Positions 10,272 through 21,572 of a DNA stretch of 64,000 nucleotides are shown here, piece after piece. Source of the DNA: an uncultured Candidatus Saccharibacteria bacterium. GTDB lineage: Bacteria > Patescibacteriota > Saccharimonadia > Saccharimonadales > Saccharimonadaceae. A program made the position numbers and the translations under genes. The DNA lies in assembly GCA_937858705.1 (NCBI GenBank), contig CALLZM010000002.1, forward strand, positions 2,046 to 66,045. Reading direction: 5' to 3'. The notes below the pieces were generated by a model. That model searched no databases, was not told the DNA's origin, and worked only from the letters and a program-made list of their open reading frames with translations. Position 1 is the stretch's first letter. The number at the start of each line of letters is the position of its first letter.

Positions 10272-10313
10272 GGTAAGAGTACTCTCGTGATGCTATAATA
10301 ACCAAAAGGACAT

Positions 10314-12083
10314 ATGCAAAAAAGACCCAACAATCGACCCATTTTTAAGCTGTTTTGGCGCGCAACCAAACCATACTGGCGCCTACGAACTGTTTCAATA
10401 GCTATGCCTTCGATTGCTGTAGCAATAAATAACCTACTATCGCCGTTTATCTTGTCGATGTTTCTCAATCGATTGCAAAGCGGTACCGTATCGTTCGATA
10501 ATAGCCTCGGCATCATACTCATATATGCCGCTTCGGTGTTTGTTGGTGAAGTAATTATTTGGCGCATCGCACTATACGCCTGTTGGACATTCGAGACAAA
10601 AGCCATTCGTGATCTTTTAGTGAAAATATTCGGTAATTTATCGCGACGAAGCATGCAGTTTCACTCCGATAGATTTGGTGGTTCACTCGTTAGCCAGTCA
10701 AACAAACTTGTTAGTTCATTTGAACGATTTTGGGATGTCATCACCTGGAATGTTGTTCCGATGATCACTATGACCATTGGTGCCATTATCATCGTCGCTA
10801 TCCTCGGATTCTGGCAATATGCCGTAGCACTGGCGGTTATTTCTATGGCTTTCGCCGTAACCGTTATCATTTCATCACGATTTATGCAGCCGCTGAATCT
10901 CAAAGAAGCCAGAGCCGTTAACAAAAATACAGGCTTCATTGCCGACATGATCACCAACACCATGACCGTCAAAGCGTTTGGCAATGAAACATACGAAACA
11001 AACCGCTTCAAAACATCAGCCAACCAGTGGTTTGATGCTTCGCAAAAACTCAAATGGGGCGTGGTGTGGGCGACAGGCACATACTCTATCTTACTTACCA
11101 TCATCCGCATCATGGCGCTGGTATTTGCCGTATATTTCGCCAGCACTGGTATGTTAGAAATCGGCACCGCGTACCTTCTTCTTGTGTATACGCTCGATGT
11201 CAGCCGTCAGTTGTGGGAGATAAATGGCATTGTGCGAAACTATTCTCGCGTCATCGGCGACGCGCATGACATGACCGAAATTCTCAATACACCGCTAGCC
11301 ATTGTCGACCACAGTACCAAGCATCTCCAGGCGAAAAAAGGCGCTATCCGTCTAGACACTGTTTCTTTCACGCACGACAATGGCAAAGGCGAGCAGGTAT
11401 TTTCAGATTTCAGCCTTAGCATACACCCCGGCGAACGAATAGGTATCGTAGGTCGTAGTGGCTCGGGCAAAACTACCCTGGTGCGCATACTTCTCCGTTT
11501 CTCAGATATCCAAGCTGGTACCATCACCATAGATGGCCAAAATATAGCAGCGGTAACACAGCAAAGCCTTCATGAGTCGATTGCGTTTGTTCCTCAGGAA
11601 CCGCTCCTCTTCCATCGTTCACTCGCTGAAAATATCGCATACAGCAAGCCCGATGCCGATAAGCGAGAAATAGCAAAAGCTGCCGCATTGGCGCATGCAG
11701 ACGAATTCATCGAGAAGCTCCCAGACGGCTTCGATACTATCGTCGGCGAACGAGGCATCAAGCTTTCGGGCGGACAACGGCAACGAATAGCTATTGCCCG
11801 TGCTCTCTTGAAAGATGCACCAATATTAGTGCTCGATGAAGCAACTTCGGCCCTCGACAGCGAAAGTGAAAAGCTCATTCAAGCAAGCCTCGAAACGCTC
11901 ATGAAAGGCCGCACAAGCATTGTTATTGCCCATCGACTTTCAACTATTTCCAAACTCGACCGCATCATCGTGCTCGATAAAGGACAGATCATCGAAGACG
12001 GCACTCATGTGCAATTGCTCCAACAAAAAGGCGTGTATGCCAAGCTTTGGTCGCACCAAAGCGGCGGGTTCATCGAAGAATAA
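10314..12083 (+). CDS. ABC exporter, fused permease/ATPase (MsbA/multidrug type)
   Basis: 589 aa with a 6-TM domain, Walker A GRSGSGKTT, signature LSGGQRQRIAIARAL and Walker B ILVLDEATS. Confidence 0.9.
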   Translation: MQKRPNNRPIFKLFWRATKPYWRLRTVSIAMPSIAVAINNLLSPFILSMFLNRLQSGTVSFDNSLGIILIYAASVFVGEVIIWRIALYACWTFETKAIRDLLVKIFGNLSRRSMQFHSDRFGGSLVSQSNKLVSSFERFWDVITWNVVPMITMTIGAIIIVAILGFWQYAVALAVISMAFAVTVIISSRFMQPLNLKEARAVNKNTGFIADMITNTMTVKAFGNETYETNRFKTSANQWFDASQKLKWGVVWATGTYSILLTIIRIMALVFAVYFASTGMLEIGTAYLLLVYTLDVSRQLWEINGIVRNYSRVIGDAHDMTEILNTPLAIVDHSTKHLQAKKGAIRLDTVSFTHDNGKGEQVFSDFSLSIHPGERIGIVGRSGSGKTTLVRILLRFSDIQAGTITIDGQNIAAVTQQSLHESIAFVPQEPLLFHRSLAENIAYSKPDADKREIAKAAALAHADEFIEKLPDGFDTIVGERGIKLSGGQRQRIAIARALLKDAPILVLDEATSALDSESEKLIQASLETLMKGRTSIVIAHRLSTISKLDRIIVLDKGQIIEDGTHVQLLQQKGVYAKLWSHQSGGFIEE

Positions 12084-12115
12084 AATCACCCCGGCAAAAT
12101 TCCAGGGTGATTTTT
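12082..12115. terminator. bidirectional intrinsic terminator between convergent ABC exporter and rplY
   Basis: 10-bp stem AAAATCACCC/GGGTGATTTT with a 13-nt loop and flanking A/T runs. Confidence 0.6.
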
Positions 12116-12133
12116 CCTACAGAACTGTAAAAA

Positions 12134-12853
12134 CTATTCTGCTTTTTTCTCGTCCTTGCTCTCAGTAGCCTCTTCACCGTGCTCGGCTTCAACTGCATCG
12201 GCATCAGCCTCCTCGGCGTCACCACCAGCAGCATCATTTGCCGCCTGGAGCGCACTCGGTTCGTACACGCTCGCAACAACCAAGTCCATGATAGATGGCT
12301 TTTCTTCATCATCATCTTCAGCCCGGCCATCGTTTCGTTCAACAAACTCAACACCCTTCGGCAAGACAATATCGGCAACAGTAACACGATCGCCTTCTTC
12401 CTTTAGCTCGACGATAGACACCTCAAGCGCCTCTGGCAGTTCCATCGGCAATGCCTTAATTTCAATACGATCCAGTGCCTGCAATACAATCAAGCCAGCT
12501 TTCTCGGCTTCTGACTCACCTTCGCCCACCAACTTAATATTCACTTCAGTCGTAACAGGCTCATCGGCACGAACAGCGTGAAATGAAATGTGTCGAATAG
12601 TATTCTTTGCTGGATCAAGATCGATCTCTTTGATCATAGCAATCCGTCGCTTACTGCCAGTAAGATGGACTGGCGTATGTCGGCCAGCTGCCTTGACTAC
12701 CCGCACAACTTCGCCCTCGGTAGCTTGTACACTCACTGGCTCGATGCCAGCACCATACACTACGCCCGGAATCATACCATCCTGGCGAAGCTTTGCGACT
12801 TTCTTCCCGTGCACTTCCCGTGCTTCAATGTTTAGTGTAATCTTATCTCCCAT
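12134..12853 (-). CDS. rplY: 50S ribosomal protein L25/general stress protein Ctc with acidic C-terminal tail
   Basis: 239 aa. N-terminus ITLNIEAREVHGKKVAKLRQDGMIPGVVYG. Confidence 0.9.
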   Translation of the reverse strand: MGDKITLNIEAREVHGKKVAKLRQDGMIPGVVYGAGIEPVSVQATEGEVVRVVKAAGRHTPVHLTGSKRRIAMIKEIDLDPAKNTIRHISFHAVRADEPVTTEVNIKLVGEGESEAEKAGLIVLQALDRIEIKALPMELPEALEVSIVELKEEGDRVTVADIVLPKGVEFVERNDGRAEDDDEEKPSIMDLVVASVYEPSALQAANDAAGGDAEEADADAVEAEHGEEATESKDEKKAE

Positions 12854-12959
12854 ACTTCTCCCTTTCGTTTGGATACCTGTTCGGAGGTAAAATGTGATAT
12901 TGTCCTCTTATTGTACCACATCCTATATGGCTATGCTAAATCGTGATACAATACGATAG

Positions 12960-13694
12960 ATGATTAACACATTTTTTACCCACCTACACTCATTTGGTGC
13001 CATCCCTGGGTTTGACCTCGTCGACCTGATCATTGGCCTTGGTATTTTTGCTATTATTTTTGTGATTTTCGCCGAATCTGGCCTACTCATTGGCTTCTTT
13101 TTGCCTGGCGATAGCCTCCTATTTACGGCTGGCGTGCTGTATCATGCGGGTATTCTCCCAGGAAATGTACCCATTCCTTTTTGGCTCTTTCTCATTTTTC
13201 TCTTTATCGCCGCTGTTTTAGGTGATACTGTTGGCTACTGGTTTGGGCGCAAGACTGGTCCACATATTTTCAAAAAGCCAGATGCTAGGCTCTTTAAGCA
13301 AAGTCACATCAAAAAAGCGCAAGAGTTTTACGAAAAACATGGTGGTAAAACAATTATCATTGCCCGATTCGTACCAATTGTTCGTACCTTTGCGCCCATT
13401 GTTGCTGGAACCGCGAAAATGGAATACCGCAAGTTTCTCGCGTTCAATCTTATCGGTGGCTTTGCATGGACAATCGGCATTACCACACTAGGGTATTTTG
13501 TTGGCGCTGCGTTCGAGGCTGCGGGTATGGATATCGACCATGTATTGCTGCCTATCATCGCTTGTATCATCTTGCTGTCTGTTGCGCCGCCCGCTATTCA
13601 TATCTTGAAAGATAAAAAACGACGAGAAGCTTTATGGAATGGCGTGAAGAAAGAAGCCCAATCAATCTTCCGCCCACGCAACAAACAGAAATAG
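12960..13694 (+). CDS. DedA-family membrane protein
   Basis: 244 aa with motifs FLPGDSLLFTAG and GGKTIIIARFVPIVRTFAPIVAG. Confidence 0.85.
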   Translation: MINTFFTHLHSFGAIPGFDLVDLIIGLGIFAIIFVIFAESGLLIGFFLPGDSLLFTAGVLYHAGILPGNVPIPFWLFLIFLFIAAVLGDTVGYWFGRKTGPHIFKKPDARLFKQSHIKKAQEFYEKHGGKTIIIARFVPIVRTFAPIVAGTAKMEYRKFLAFNLIGGFAWTIGITTLGYFVGAAFEAAGMDIDHVLLPIIACIILLSVAPPAIHILKDKKRREALWNGVKKEAQSIFRPRNKQK

Positions 13695-13710
13695 CCTAAA
13701 CTATCTCTGT

Positions 13711-14913
13711 TTAATGATGGCGAGCGCCAGTTCTACTTTCGACAAAAGTAAACGCCCTGCCTGCTTTGCCAGCTCGACCAGTTCGGCCAATTCGGTGAAC
13801 ATAATCGTCATATTGCTTTGGTGCATCAAAGTTGATGACATGCGATACACTTGGAATATCAAGACCTCTGGCAGCAACATCGGTTGCTACAAGTATAGTT
13901 GCTTTGCCAGCTTTAAAATCTCGTAAGGCTCTTTCGCGCTGCGATTGCGACTTATTGCCATGAATCGCCACCGCCAAATGATCGTTACTAGCTAGTCTAT
14001 CAGCCAGGCGCTGCACACCAAACTTCGTTTCGCCAAAAATAATCACCTTCTCGAACGGTTCTTTCTCTAGCAGCTCGTGCAGCATGTCTATTTTGTGCGC
14101 TCGATCTCTCGTTTCAATCACACTCTGCTCGATATGATCATTGGTAACATTTTTCGCTACCGATACAGTCACTGGGTCGTGCATAAATTCTTCAACTATT
14201 TTTTGCACGGCATCGGTCATAGTAGCGCTAAAACACAGCGTTTGTCGCTCTTTGCCCATTTCCGCCTCAATGTCTTTGATGTCGTTGACGAATCCCATGT
14301 CGCACATACGATCAGCTTCGTCCAGCACAAAGGTGTGCACTTGCGACAATCGTAGTACTCTTCGTTTGATGAGATCTTTGACGCGACCCGGTGTGCCAAT
14401 CACTACATGTGGTCCGCGCTGAATTTGACGAATTTGTTGGTTGATATTTGCACCACCAACCACCAGTGCCGAATACACTTTTTGCCCTGCCGCAAACCGC
14501 CGAAGATCGGCATCTATTTGCTGAGCGAGCTCTCTTGTAGGTGCCAAAATAAGCGTGCTGACTACTTGGCGATGAGTCCTAGTTTTCTCGATAACTGGCA
14601 GCGCAAACGCCGCCGTTTTGCCCGTACCGGTATTGGCAAGGCCTATGATGTCTTTGCCTTCAAGTGCCAATGGGATACACTGATCCTGGATAGGCGTAGG
14701 CGTGGTGAATTGCAGATGCTTTAGTGTAGCAGCAGTTTGAGTGTTTAGGGCAAAATCATCAAAAAGATGCCGCGGTTCATACACCGTTTGTTCTTCTGGC
14801 GACGCTGCTTTATTGACGAAACGACTCGGATGAATCGATTTTGTTGATTGCTTGCGAAAATTTCGCTTATGCGCAGGCCGCCTATGAGGCGAGCGCGTAG
14901 GTTGATACGGCAT
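13711..14913 (-). CDS. DEAD-box ATP-dependent RNA helicase
   Basis: Motifs TGTGKT, VLDEADRM, SAT and HRIGRTGRAG. The longest ORF starts at 14934, but the second ATG (14913) has SD GAAGGAAG 8 nt upstream. Confidence 0.85.
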   Translation of the reverse strand: MPYQPTRSPHRRPAHKRNFRKQSTKSIHPSRFVNKAASPEEQTVYEPRHLFDDFALNTQTAATLKHLQFTTPTPIQDQCIPLALEGKDIIGLANTGTGKTAAFALPVIEKTRTHRQVVSTLILAPTRELAQQIDADLRRFAAGQKVYSALVVGGANINQQIRQIQRGPHVVIGTPGRVKDLIKRRVLRLSQVHTFVLDEADRMCDMGFVNDIKDIEAEMGKERQTLCFSATMTDAVQKIVEEFMHDPVTVSVAKNVTNDHIEQSVIETRDRAHKIDMLHELLEKEPFEKVIIFGETKFGVQRLADRLASNDHLAVAIHGNKSQSQRERALRDFKAGKATILVATDVAARGLDIPSVSHVINFDAPKQYDDYVHRIGRTGRAGKAGRAFTFVESRTGARHH

Positions 14914-15076
14914 AGTTATACTTCCTTCTTTCATTAGGATTGTTCGATGAACGACCTAGGAAGTTTCGTTTTGATATTCAAAACAGTGAGACATAGGATT
15001 CACCCATAGGAGCTATTTACTCCATATCTTTTCATTTTAGCACAAAAACTATAAAAAATCAAGCTTTTTGTTAGAA

Positions 15077-15637
15077 TTACAAGCTAAGTGTTTTGATGCA
15101 AGCAGTGATCGTATTCGTATTATTATTCCAGTTACTGATGAATCCGCCACCGCAATCGGTCCCAATCGCCCAATAACCATCAAGGCCAATAGTTACTTGG
15201 ATACTCGTTGCTCCTCGAACTAGATAAGGGCCTGTAAATCCAGGCTTCGTGGGGATAGGCGTGGCTCTAGGTAGATCAGTAGCAGCTTGCAATTCACTCA
15301 TGAGCGTTGCATTATTACTTTCAGCTGCACTGTTACCATCGGTTCCTGTCACATTTTGACACCGCGCGACACCACCGCCGCCCATCGGAAAGCCGCTACC
15401 AAGACAAAACCGTGTATTGTCCGCTGCCGCAACAACCGAGGGTGGCATAGCGCCATTATACACTTGATACAGCTGAAACGCGCGAACCCACTGTTCTCCT
15501 GCTGCTATACGAGATGTATTGTTGGCTCGGTCTGTAATCCCACGATAAGTAACTATCGAAATAGAAGCAAGGATTGCAATAACAACAATGACTATAATAA
15601 GCTCAACTATTGTAAAACCATAAGCGCGTTGCTTCAT
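15077..15637 (-). CDS. type IV pilin-like protein (prepilin N-terminal methylation domain)
   Basis: MKQRAYGFTIVELIIVIVVIAILASISIVTY. Start chosen at the Met preceding the class-III signal; the ORF-track start at 15676 is less likely. Confidence 0.8.
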   Translation of the reverse strand: MKQRAYGFTIVELIIVIVVIAILASISIVTYRGITDRANNTSRIAAGEQWVRAFQLYQVYNGAMPPSVVAAADNTRFCLGSGFPMGGGGVARCQNVTGTDGNSAAESNNATLMSELQAATDLPRATPIPTKPGFTGPYLVRGATSIQVTIGLDGYWAIGTDCGGGFISNWNNNTNTITACIKTLSL

Positions 15638-15713
15638 GTTTTTCAGTATATCATTCCTCCCCTTCCGACACCACAATTTTGCCCCATTTTAGATCTTCGA
15701 GGAGTTAGGGACG

Positions 15714-17168
15714 CTACTGGAGCGACGATGTTAAACGAGCAATATTATCGAGCAACTGCTTTCGCGGTGGACGGCTAAGCCAATCCTTTTTGTGAATTTT
15801 TGTAGATTTTTTGAGATAACCATCGGTTATATTTTGCATTAAGGCGACAAATGCCGTATCGTAGCAGGTCAGCGTCAATTCTTGATTGAGTTCAAACGAG
15901 CGAATATCCATGTTGCTCGAGCCAACAAAGCACGCATCATCATCAATGAGAGCAAACTTCGAATGAAGAAGTGTCGGTTTTTTGTACAGATAAATCTCTA
16001 CACCAGCTCGCAACATCTCTTCATAATACGAGCGCTGAGCATGCGCCACAAGCACCTGGTCGATGGCCTCAGAATTCAGCAACCTTACCCGAACACCACG
16101 ACGAGCCGCACCAATGAGCGCAGTAATCAGTGACTGATCTGGCACAAAATAGGGGTTAACGAGTACGATATCTTTTTCGGCCGCATAAAACAAACTAGCA
16201 AATAATTTTCTATTATTTTCATACTCGTAGCCAGGGCCACTCGGCACAATGTGTGCTGGTATAGTACCTTGTGGCTGTAGTTGTTGGTCGAAATCTCGCT
16301 CTGGCTGCTTCAGCACTTCCCCTGTTTCCGCCAGCCAATCATTCAAGAATACTGCCTCGAGTTGCAATACCACTGGTCCTTGTATGCGAACCACCAATTC
16401 GTCATATACAATGTCATCTTTTCGATGATAGTCGCGCTGAATCATATTGAGCGAACCAGTATAGCCTACCCTACCATCAACCACTACAAGCTTGCGGTGG
16501 TTGCGCAGGTCGGGACGAGTATATTTTTTCCCTGGAAAGTGCAACGGTAGCATGGGGTGGGCTTCTATGCCAGCCTTTGCAAATCGCGCTATCATCTCCT
16601 TTTTTCGTGGATACTTACTCACACCAATGGCGTCATACAACACTCGCACCTCAACACCTCGTTCAGCTGCCTCCTCAAGTGCTTCAATCAACGGCTCCGT
16701 TGCCGTATCTAGCGCCAAGATAAAATATTCCAGCTGGATATAGTGTTTCGCCGAACGCACATCTTCAATAATTCGCGCAATGATCTCATCATACTCTGGC
16801 AATGGTTCAATGGCATTGCCCGCAAACAGTGGTAAATGCGTCAAACTATCACTCAGGCTCACTGTACTTGCATACTTTTGAGGTGGTTCAATTATCACCG
16901 AAGATACTTTTTTGTTTTTCGAATGCATAATAGCCTGCTTCACTTCTTTGATATAGATATCGAGCGAGCTTTGAGCATCTCGTCGATTTTTCGGCAGTTT
17001 TGGCGATCCAAGTATTAAAAATACTACCCAGCCAATCTCTGGCAGCAGAAAAATAAACATCAGCCAAGCCATGCCTGCCGTTGGCTTACGATTTCGCGGC
17101 ACCACAAATAGTGCCAAAATTCTTAGTAACCACTCGACAACAATCCATGCGATAAATAGCGCGTACAT
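15714..17168 (-). CDS. cls: cardiolipin synthase
   Basis: 484 aa with two N-terminal TM segments and two HKD motifs (HRKLVVVDG, HSKFALIDD). Confidence 0.9.
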   Translation of the reverse strand: MYALFIAWIVVEWLLRILALFVVPRNRKPTAGMAWLMFIFLLPEIGWVVFLILGSPKLPKNRRDAQSSLDIYIKEVKQAIMHSKNKKVSSVIIEPPQKYASTVSLSDSLTHLPLFAGNAIEPLPEYDEIIARIIEDVRSAKHYIQLEYFILALDTATEPLIEALEEAAERGVEVRVLYDAIGVSKYPRKKEMIARFAKAGIEAHPMLPLHFPGKKYTRPDLRNHRKLVVVDGRVGYTGSLNMIQRDYHRKDDIVYDELVVRIQGPVVLQLEAVFLNDWLAETGEVLKQPERDFDQQLQPQGTIPAHIVPSGPGYEYENNRKLFASLFYAAEKDIVLVNPYFVPDQSLITALIGAARRGVRVRLLNSEAIDQVLVAHAQRSYYEEMLRAGVEIYLYKKPTLLHSKFALIDDDACFVGSSNMDIRSFELNQELTLTCYDTAFVALMQNITDGYLKKSTKIHKKDWLSRPPRKQLLDNIARLTSSLQ

Positions 17169-17186
17169 TCTAGTATTGTAGCATGT

Positions 17187-20006
17187 CTATCGCAATAACG
17201 GCGCAAGATATTTGCCAGTAAACGAAGCTGGCTCCTTGGTAATTTCTTCTGGAGTGCCGATGGCAACAACCATACCGCCACCCATGCCGCCTTCGGGACC
17301 CATATCGATAACGAAGTCAGCGCTTTTGATGACATCGAGATTATGCTCAATAATGATCATCGAATTGCCACCTTCAACTAGCTGGTGCAAGATACCGAGA
17401 AGCCGCTTCACATCAGCACTATGCAGACCGGTCGTCGGCTCATCGAGAATATACATGGTTTTGCCAGTTGAGCGCCGGGATAATTCAGCTGCAAGTTTGA
17501 TGCGTTGTGCTTCACCACCAGAAAAGGTGGTTGCTGGCTGCCCAAGACGAATATAGCCGAGGCCAACTGCCACCAAAGTCTGGAGCTTTCTTGCAATAGT
17601 CGGTACACTCTCAAAAAAGCTTGAAGCTTCATCGACAGTCATGTCCAGCACATCGCTAATGGTTCGGTCTTTGAACTTTATCTCTAGAGCCTCACGGTTG
17701 TATCGTTTGCCGCGGCACTCATCGCACACAACAAACACATCGGGAAGGAAATGCATTTCAATCTTAATCATGCCATCGCCCTGGCAATGCTCACAGCGGC
17801 CACCTTTTACATTGAAACTAAAGCGCCCAGCCTTATAACCCCGCACGCTCGCTTCGGGCGTAGAAGCAAATAGCTCACGAATCGGCGTAAAAATACCAGT
17901 ATAAGTGGCTGGGTTCGATCGCGGCGTACGACCAATGGGCGATTGGTCGATGACGATTGCTTTATCGAGCTGCTTAACGCCCTCGATAGTATCGTGCGTA
18001 CCCGGCACAGCAGTTGAGCGATTCAATCGAGCAGCGAGCTCTTTTGCAACAATATCGTTCACTAGTGTCGATTTGCCAGAGCCAGATACACCGCTAACAA
18101 CCGTCATGACACCCAGTGGGAAATCGACAGTAATATTTTTAAGATTATTTTCTTTAGCACCTTTGACGATCAGTTGCTTGTTTGTATCAGTTTTTCGTCG
18201 CTTTTTAGGAACTGGTATCGTTTCGGCGCCGCTCAGATACCTGCCAGTAATGCTATGAGATGACTTCGCCACTTCCTCTGGCGTACCTTGCGCAACGATG
18301 TTGCCTCCCGCCGCACCAGCGCCTGGCCCCATATCGATGAGATAGTCGCTTTGCCGAATAGTATCTTCGTCGTGCTCAACCACCAGCACAGTGTTGCCAA
18401 GGTCTCTGAGGTGTTGTAGCGTACCGATCAAACGATCGTTATCTCGCTGATGCAAGCCAATCGATGGCTCATCGAGCACATACAATACTCCTTGCAGTCC
18501 AGACCCAATTTGCGTGGCCAACCGAATTCGTTGTGCTTCACCACCAGAGAGCGTATTCGCCGCCCGGCCAAGCTCAAGATAGTTCAGACCAACATTGCTC
18601 ATGAATCCCAGTCGTGCAGTAATTTCTTTCACAATCAATCGCGCAATTGTCATTTCTTGCTCAGATAAATGCAGCTTATTGCGGAAAAGATCTAGTGCAT
18701 CATCAACACCAAGATCGCAAATATCCATGATACTGAGGCCTTGCACCGTCACCGCCAAAACAACTGGCTTCAAGCGAGCGCCCTTACAGGTAAAACACGC
18801 TCTTTGTCGCATAAATCGTTCGATATCGCGACGCATAAAATCACTCTCGGTGTCTTTCCAGCGGCGCTCGAGATTTGGGATCACACCCTCATAGGTGGCG
18901 TCGTAATGCCTACCATTGCCTAACTCCACTCGGTATTTCTGATCACCAGTGCCGTACAACACTTTTTGTTGCGCCTCTTCGGACAGCTCGCCAACAGGAA
19001 CTCGCACACTAAACCCATGCGCTTCAGCCATGGCAGTAATTTTACGCATATAAAAATTATCGACATTCACGCGGTTGTAGGGGCGGATAGCTCCTTCAGA
19101 GATGGTGAGATTATTATTGAATACTAGCTCCGGATCAACTTCTAAGCGACTACCGAGGCCAGTACACACTGGACAGGCGCCTTGGGGAGCATTAAAACTA
19201 AACAATCGTGGCTCCAGCTCAGGAATTTCTACTTCGGGGTGGTTTAGGCATGCATATCGCTGCGAAAACACCCCTATCTCATCGCTATCAGCATCGAGCA
19301 CCTCAACAACACCTTGGCCCAAGTCGAGTGCTTGCTCAATACTTTGGCTCAGTCGAGATTGCATGCTCTCGCCATCCAGCACCAAGCGATCAACAACTAG
19401 TTCAATATTGTGCTTATAACTCTTCTGCAATTCTGGAAATTCATCGAGTGCATAGACCACGCCATCAACCCTCGCTCGCGCATAACCAAGGCGACGATAT
19501 TGCTCGGGAATATGGATAAATTCACCCTTCTTTTCTTTCACAATTGGCGCTAAAATCATGATTCGCTTACTAGTGTACTGCTTCTGAATTTCTGCCACAA
19601 TCGCATCCATTGTTCGCCGACTCACCGTCTCGCCACATATAGGACAATGCGGCACACCAATTCGCGCATAGAGTAGTCGAAGATAGTCATAAATTTCCGT
19701 CACTGTGGCAACAGTAGAGCGCGGATTGCGACTGGTCGATTTTTGGTCAATAGAAATAGCTGGAGAAAGCCCTTCAATACTATCGACATCTGGCTTATCC
19801 ATAATGCCCAAAAACTGCCGCGCGTAGCTCGACAAGCTTTCCACATACCGCCGCTGACCTTCTGCATAAATAGTGTCAAATGCCAGGCTGGATTTGCCCG
19901 AGCCAGAAAGACCAGTAATAATGACCAGCTTATTCCTCGGTATTTCAACAGAAATATCTTTCAGATTGTGCTCGCGCGCGCCTTTAACTCGAATAACCTC
20001 AGCCAT
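17187..20006 (-). CDS. uvrA: excinuclease ABC subunit A
   Basis: 939 aa. N-terminus [50 protein letters not shown], with two ABC modules and zinc-finger Cys pairs. Confidence 0.95.
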   Translation of the reverse strand: MAEVIRVKGAREHNLKDISVEIPRNKLVIITGLSGSGKSSLAFDTIYAEGQRRYVESLSSYARQFLGIMDKPDVDSIEGLSPAISIDQKSTSRNPRSTVATVTEIYDYLRLLYARIGVPHCPICGETVSRRTMDAIVAEIQKQYTSKRIMILAPIVKEKKGEFIHIPEQYRRLGYARARVDGVVYALDEFPELQKSYKHNIELVVDRLVLDGESMQSRLSQSIEQALDLGQGVVEVLDADSDEIGVFSQRYACLNHPEVEIPELEPRLFSFNAPQGACPVCTGLGSRLEVDPELVFNNNLTISEGAIRPYNRVNVDNFYMRKITAMAEAHGFSVRVPVGELSEEAQQKVLYGTGDQKYRVELGNGRHYDATYEGVIPNLERRWKDTESDFMRRDIERFMRQRACFTCKGARLKPVVLAVTVQGLSIMDICDLGVDDALDLFRNKLHLSEQEMTIARLIVKEITARLGFMSNVGLNYLELGRAANTLSGGEAQRIRLATQIGSGLQGVLYVLDEPSIGLHQRDNDRLIGTLQHLRDLGNTVLVVEHDEDTIRQSDYLIDMGPGAGAAGGNIVAQGTPEEVAKSSHSITGRYLSGAETIPVPKKRRKTDTNKQLIVKGAKENNLKNITVDFPLGVMTVVSGVSGSGKSTLVNDIVAKELAARLNRSTAVPGTHDTIEGVKQLDKAIVIDQSPIGRTPRSNPATYTGIFTPIRELFASTPEASVRGYKAGRFSFNVKGGRCEHCQGDGMIKIEMHFLPDVFVVCDECRGKRYNREALEIKFKDRTISDVLDMTVDEASSFFESVPTIARKLQTLVAVGLGYIRLGQPATTFSGGEAQRIKLAAELSRRSTGKTMYILDEPTTGLHSADVKRLLGILHQLVEGGNSMIIIEHNLDVIKSADFVIDMGPEGGMGGGMVVAIGTPEEITKEPASFTGKYLAPLLR

Positions 20007-20065
20007 AACTGATATAGTATACAGGATTTTTGACTATTTTTCTAGAGCTTCACTATGTGGAATAA

Positions 20066-21160
20066 CTAGGAGGCTACACAACGAACAGCAAACCCATAGA
20101 GCTTACTGCCGGCGACCATAACGACGCCGGAGCTGAAGAAGCTCAAGTGGCGGCCGTAGGTGGCTGAGTACTGCGTAGACGACCGGTAGAAACCGTTGCT
20201 ACCCTGAGAGTTGAACCCGCCGCTGTACCAGCTGCCACTCCGCTGCGCCAGCCACTCGCTACGCAGACCGGCGTCAGTGGTGGTGAGTCCGCTGTTGACT
20301 GCGTTGTTGAGGAGGGTGAATTCGTTGGTGGGGCTTTGTGTGGGGAGGCGCCAGTTTGCTGGGCAGATGGAGATGGTAGTGTTTACAGCTGTAGAGACTG
20401 AATCACTACATGCACCATTGCCAGTCTGTCCACCATTGGCAGCACAGAAGTTGTACAGATAGCCATATTGAGGGTTGGTTACTCCACCGTCTGTGGAAGT
20501 GCTTGGTTGAGTGGGGTTGGTAGTAGGGTTTGCTCCGGTGGGGATGTAGTATTTAGCGAGGGCGTAAGTAACAGAACCAGAGTTGTCTGGACCGTGGAGA
20601 GTGCCGTTAGAGCCGTCTCCGGTGGGGATGGTGTCGCTGTAGGTATTCACCCCTCCCCCAGCATACGCCAAGTTCGTCAACATCCAGCATTTGCCGTCAG
20701 CGAGTTTTTGCACCCAATAGGTTTTGTTATCTCGTGCATCGACAGCCATGGTCCTAGTAGTTGGGCAGTTGGCAGTGGTGATAGATTGCATGAAGGAGCC
20801 ATTGGCGATAGCATCGTTGTTTCCGCCTCCACTGCTATCTCCTGTAGTGAAGAGTGTGTAGGGGCCATGAGGAGAGGAAGAAGAGTAAGTGGTGTAAAAC
20901 TTGTCTCCTGGTTTTTGTCCAGTGAGAGAATCGAAGGTGGCTTGGTCTTCTGGGTAGGAGTCGTTTTCTACTTTGTAAGTCTCTAGTTTCTTTTTGGCTG
21001 TAGACTCTTTGGAGGCAATAGCCGAGTCGGTGGCGCGTTGCCGTATACCATTGTAGGCAACGATGCTAATAGTGGCGAGAATGGCAATGACGATGACAAC
21101 AATGAGGAGTTCGACAATGGTGAAGGCAGGGTAAAATGATGTGGTACGAGATTTTCTCAT
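20066..21160 (-). CDS. type IV pilin-like N-terminus fused to a Fibrobacter succinogenes major paralogous (FISUMP) domain
   Basis: N-terminus [37 protein letters not shown]-terminus [49 protein letters not shown]. The longest ORF begins at 21196. Confidence 0.75.
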   Translation of the reverse strand: MRKSRTTSFYPAFTIVELLIVVIVIAILATISIVAYNGIRQRATDSAIASKESTAKKKLETYKVENDSYPEDQATFDSLTGQKPGDKFYTTYSSSSPHGPYTLFTTGDSSGGGNNDAIANGSFMQSITTANCPTTRTMAVDARDNKTYWVQKLADGKCWMLTNLAYAGGGVNTYSDTIPTGDGSNGTLHGPDNSGSVTYALAKYYIPTGANPTTNPTQPSTSTDGGVTNPQYGYLYNFCAANGGQTGNGACSDSVSTAVNTTISICPANWRLPTQSPTNEFTLLNNAVNSGLTTTDAGLRSEWLAQRSGSWYSGGFNSQGSNGFYRSSTQYSATYGRHLSFFSSGVVMVAGSKLYGFAVRCVAS

Positions 21161-21263
21161 AGTTCTTATGGCAGCATACTCTCTCTCACCTGTCATTTTG
21201 TCAACTCATGCCACTATATTGCTTATAGTTGCATATTTTTGACCGATGAGCTATTTTATTTAA

Positions 21264-21572
21264 ATGGATAGGAAGTTTTGGACATTATTAGCAAGCTGCT
21301 GCCTCGTTGTAGCGCTCTTTTTCTCTGGGGTGAGCAAATCTATCGCACTCTTTTTCTTCATGGGCATCGTACCGGGCACTTCTATCGTGTTATCGCCCAT
21401 CACCATGATGTGCATCCTTATCGCTATTTCCTGGGTGATTATCATGCACATCACCGGGAAACTATCTGAAACGATAGTATTCACCAAACAAGCAAAAGAA
21501 TACCTTGCCAGAAAAGAACGGCTTCCACGCCGTCGATATGCATTCAGCCACATCAGTCGATCGGCAAAATAG
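21264..21572 (+). CDS. small hypothetical membrane protein
   Basis: 102 aa with three hydrophobic segments and a basic tail (RKERLPRRRY). Overlaps the sbcB 3' end by 20 nt. No recognisable family. Confidence 0.4.
   Translation: MDRKFWTLLASCCLVVALFFSGVSKSIALFFFMGIVPGTSIVLSPITMMCILIAISWVIIMHITGKLSETIVFTKQAKEYLARKERLPRRRYAFSHISRSAK

Noticed and set aside
12156-12581. 141-aa plus-strand Ser/Ala-rich ORF
   Set aside because: It is antisense to the acidic tail of rplY and is a low-complexity mirror-frame artefact.
20211-20986. Plus-strand ORFs (83, 172 aa) antisense to the pilin-FISUMP gene
   Set aside because: They are G-rich antisense frames with low-complexity products, and the minus-strand product has clear domain signatures.
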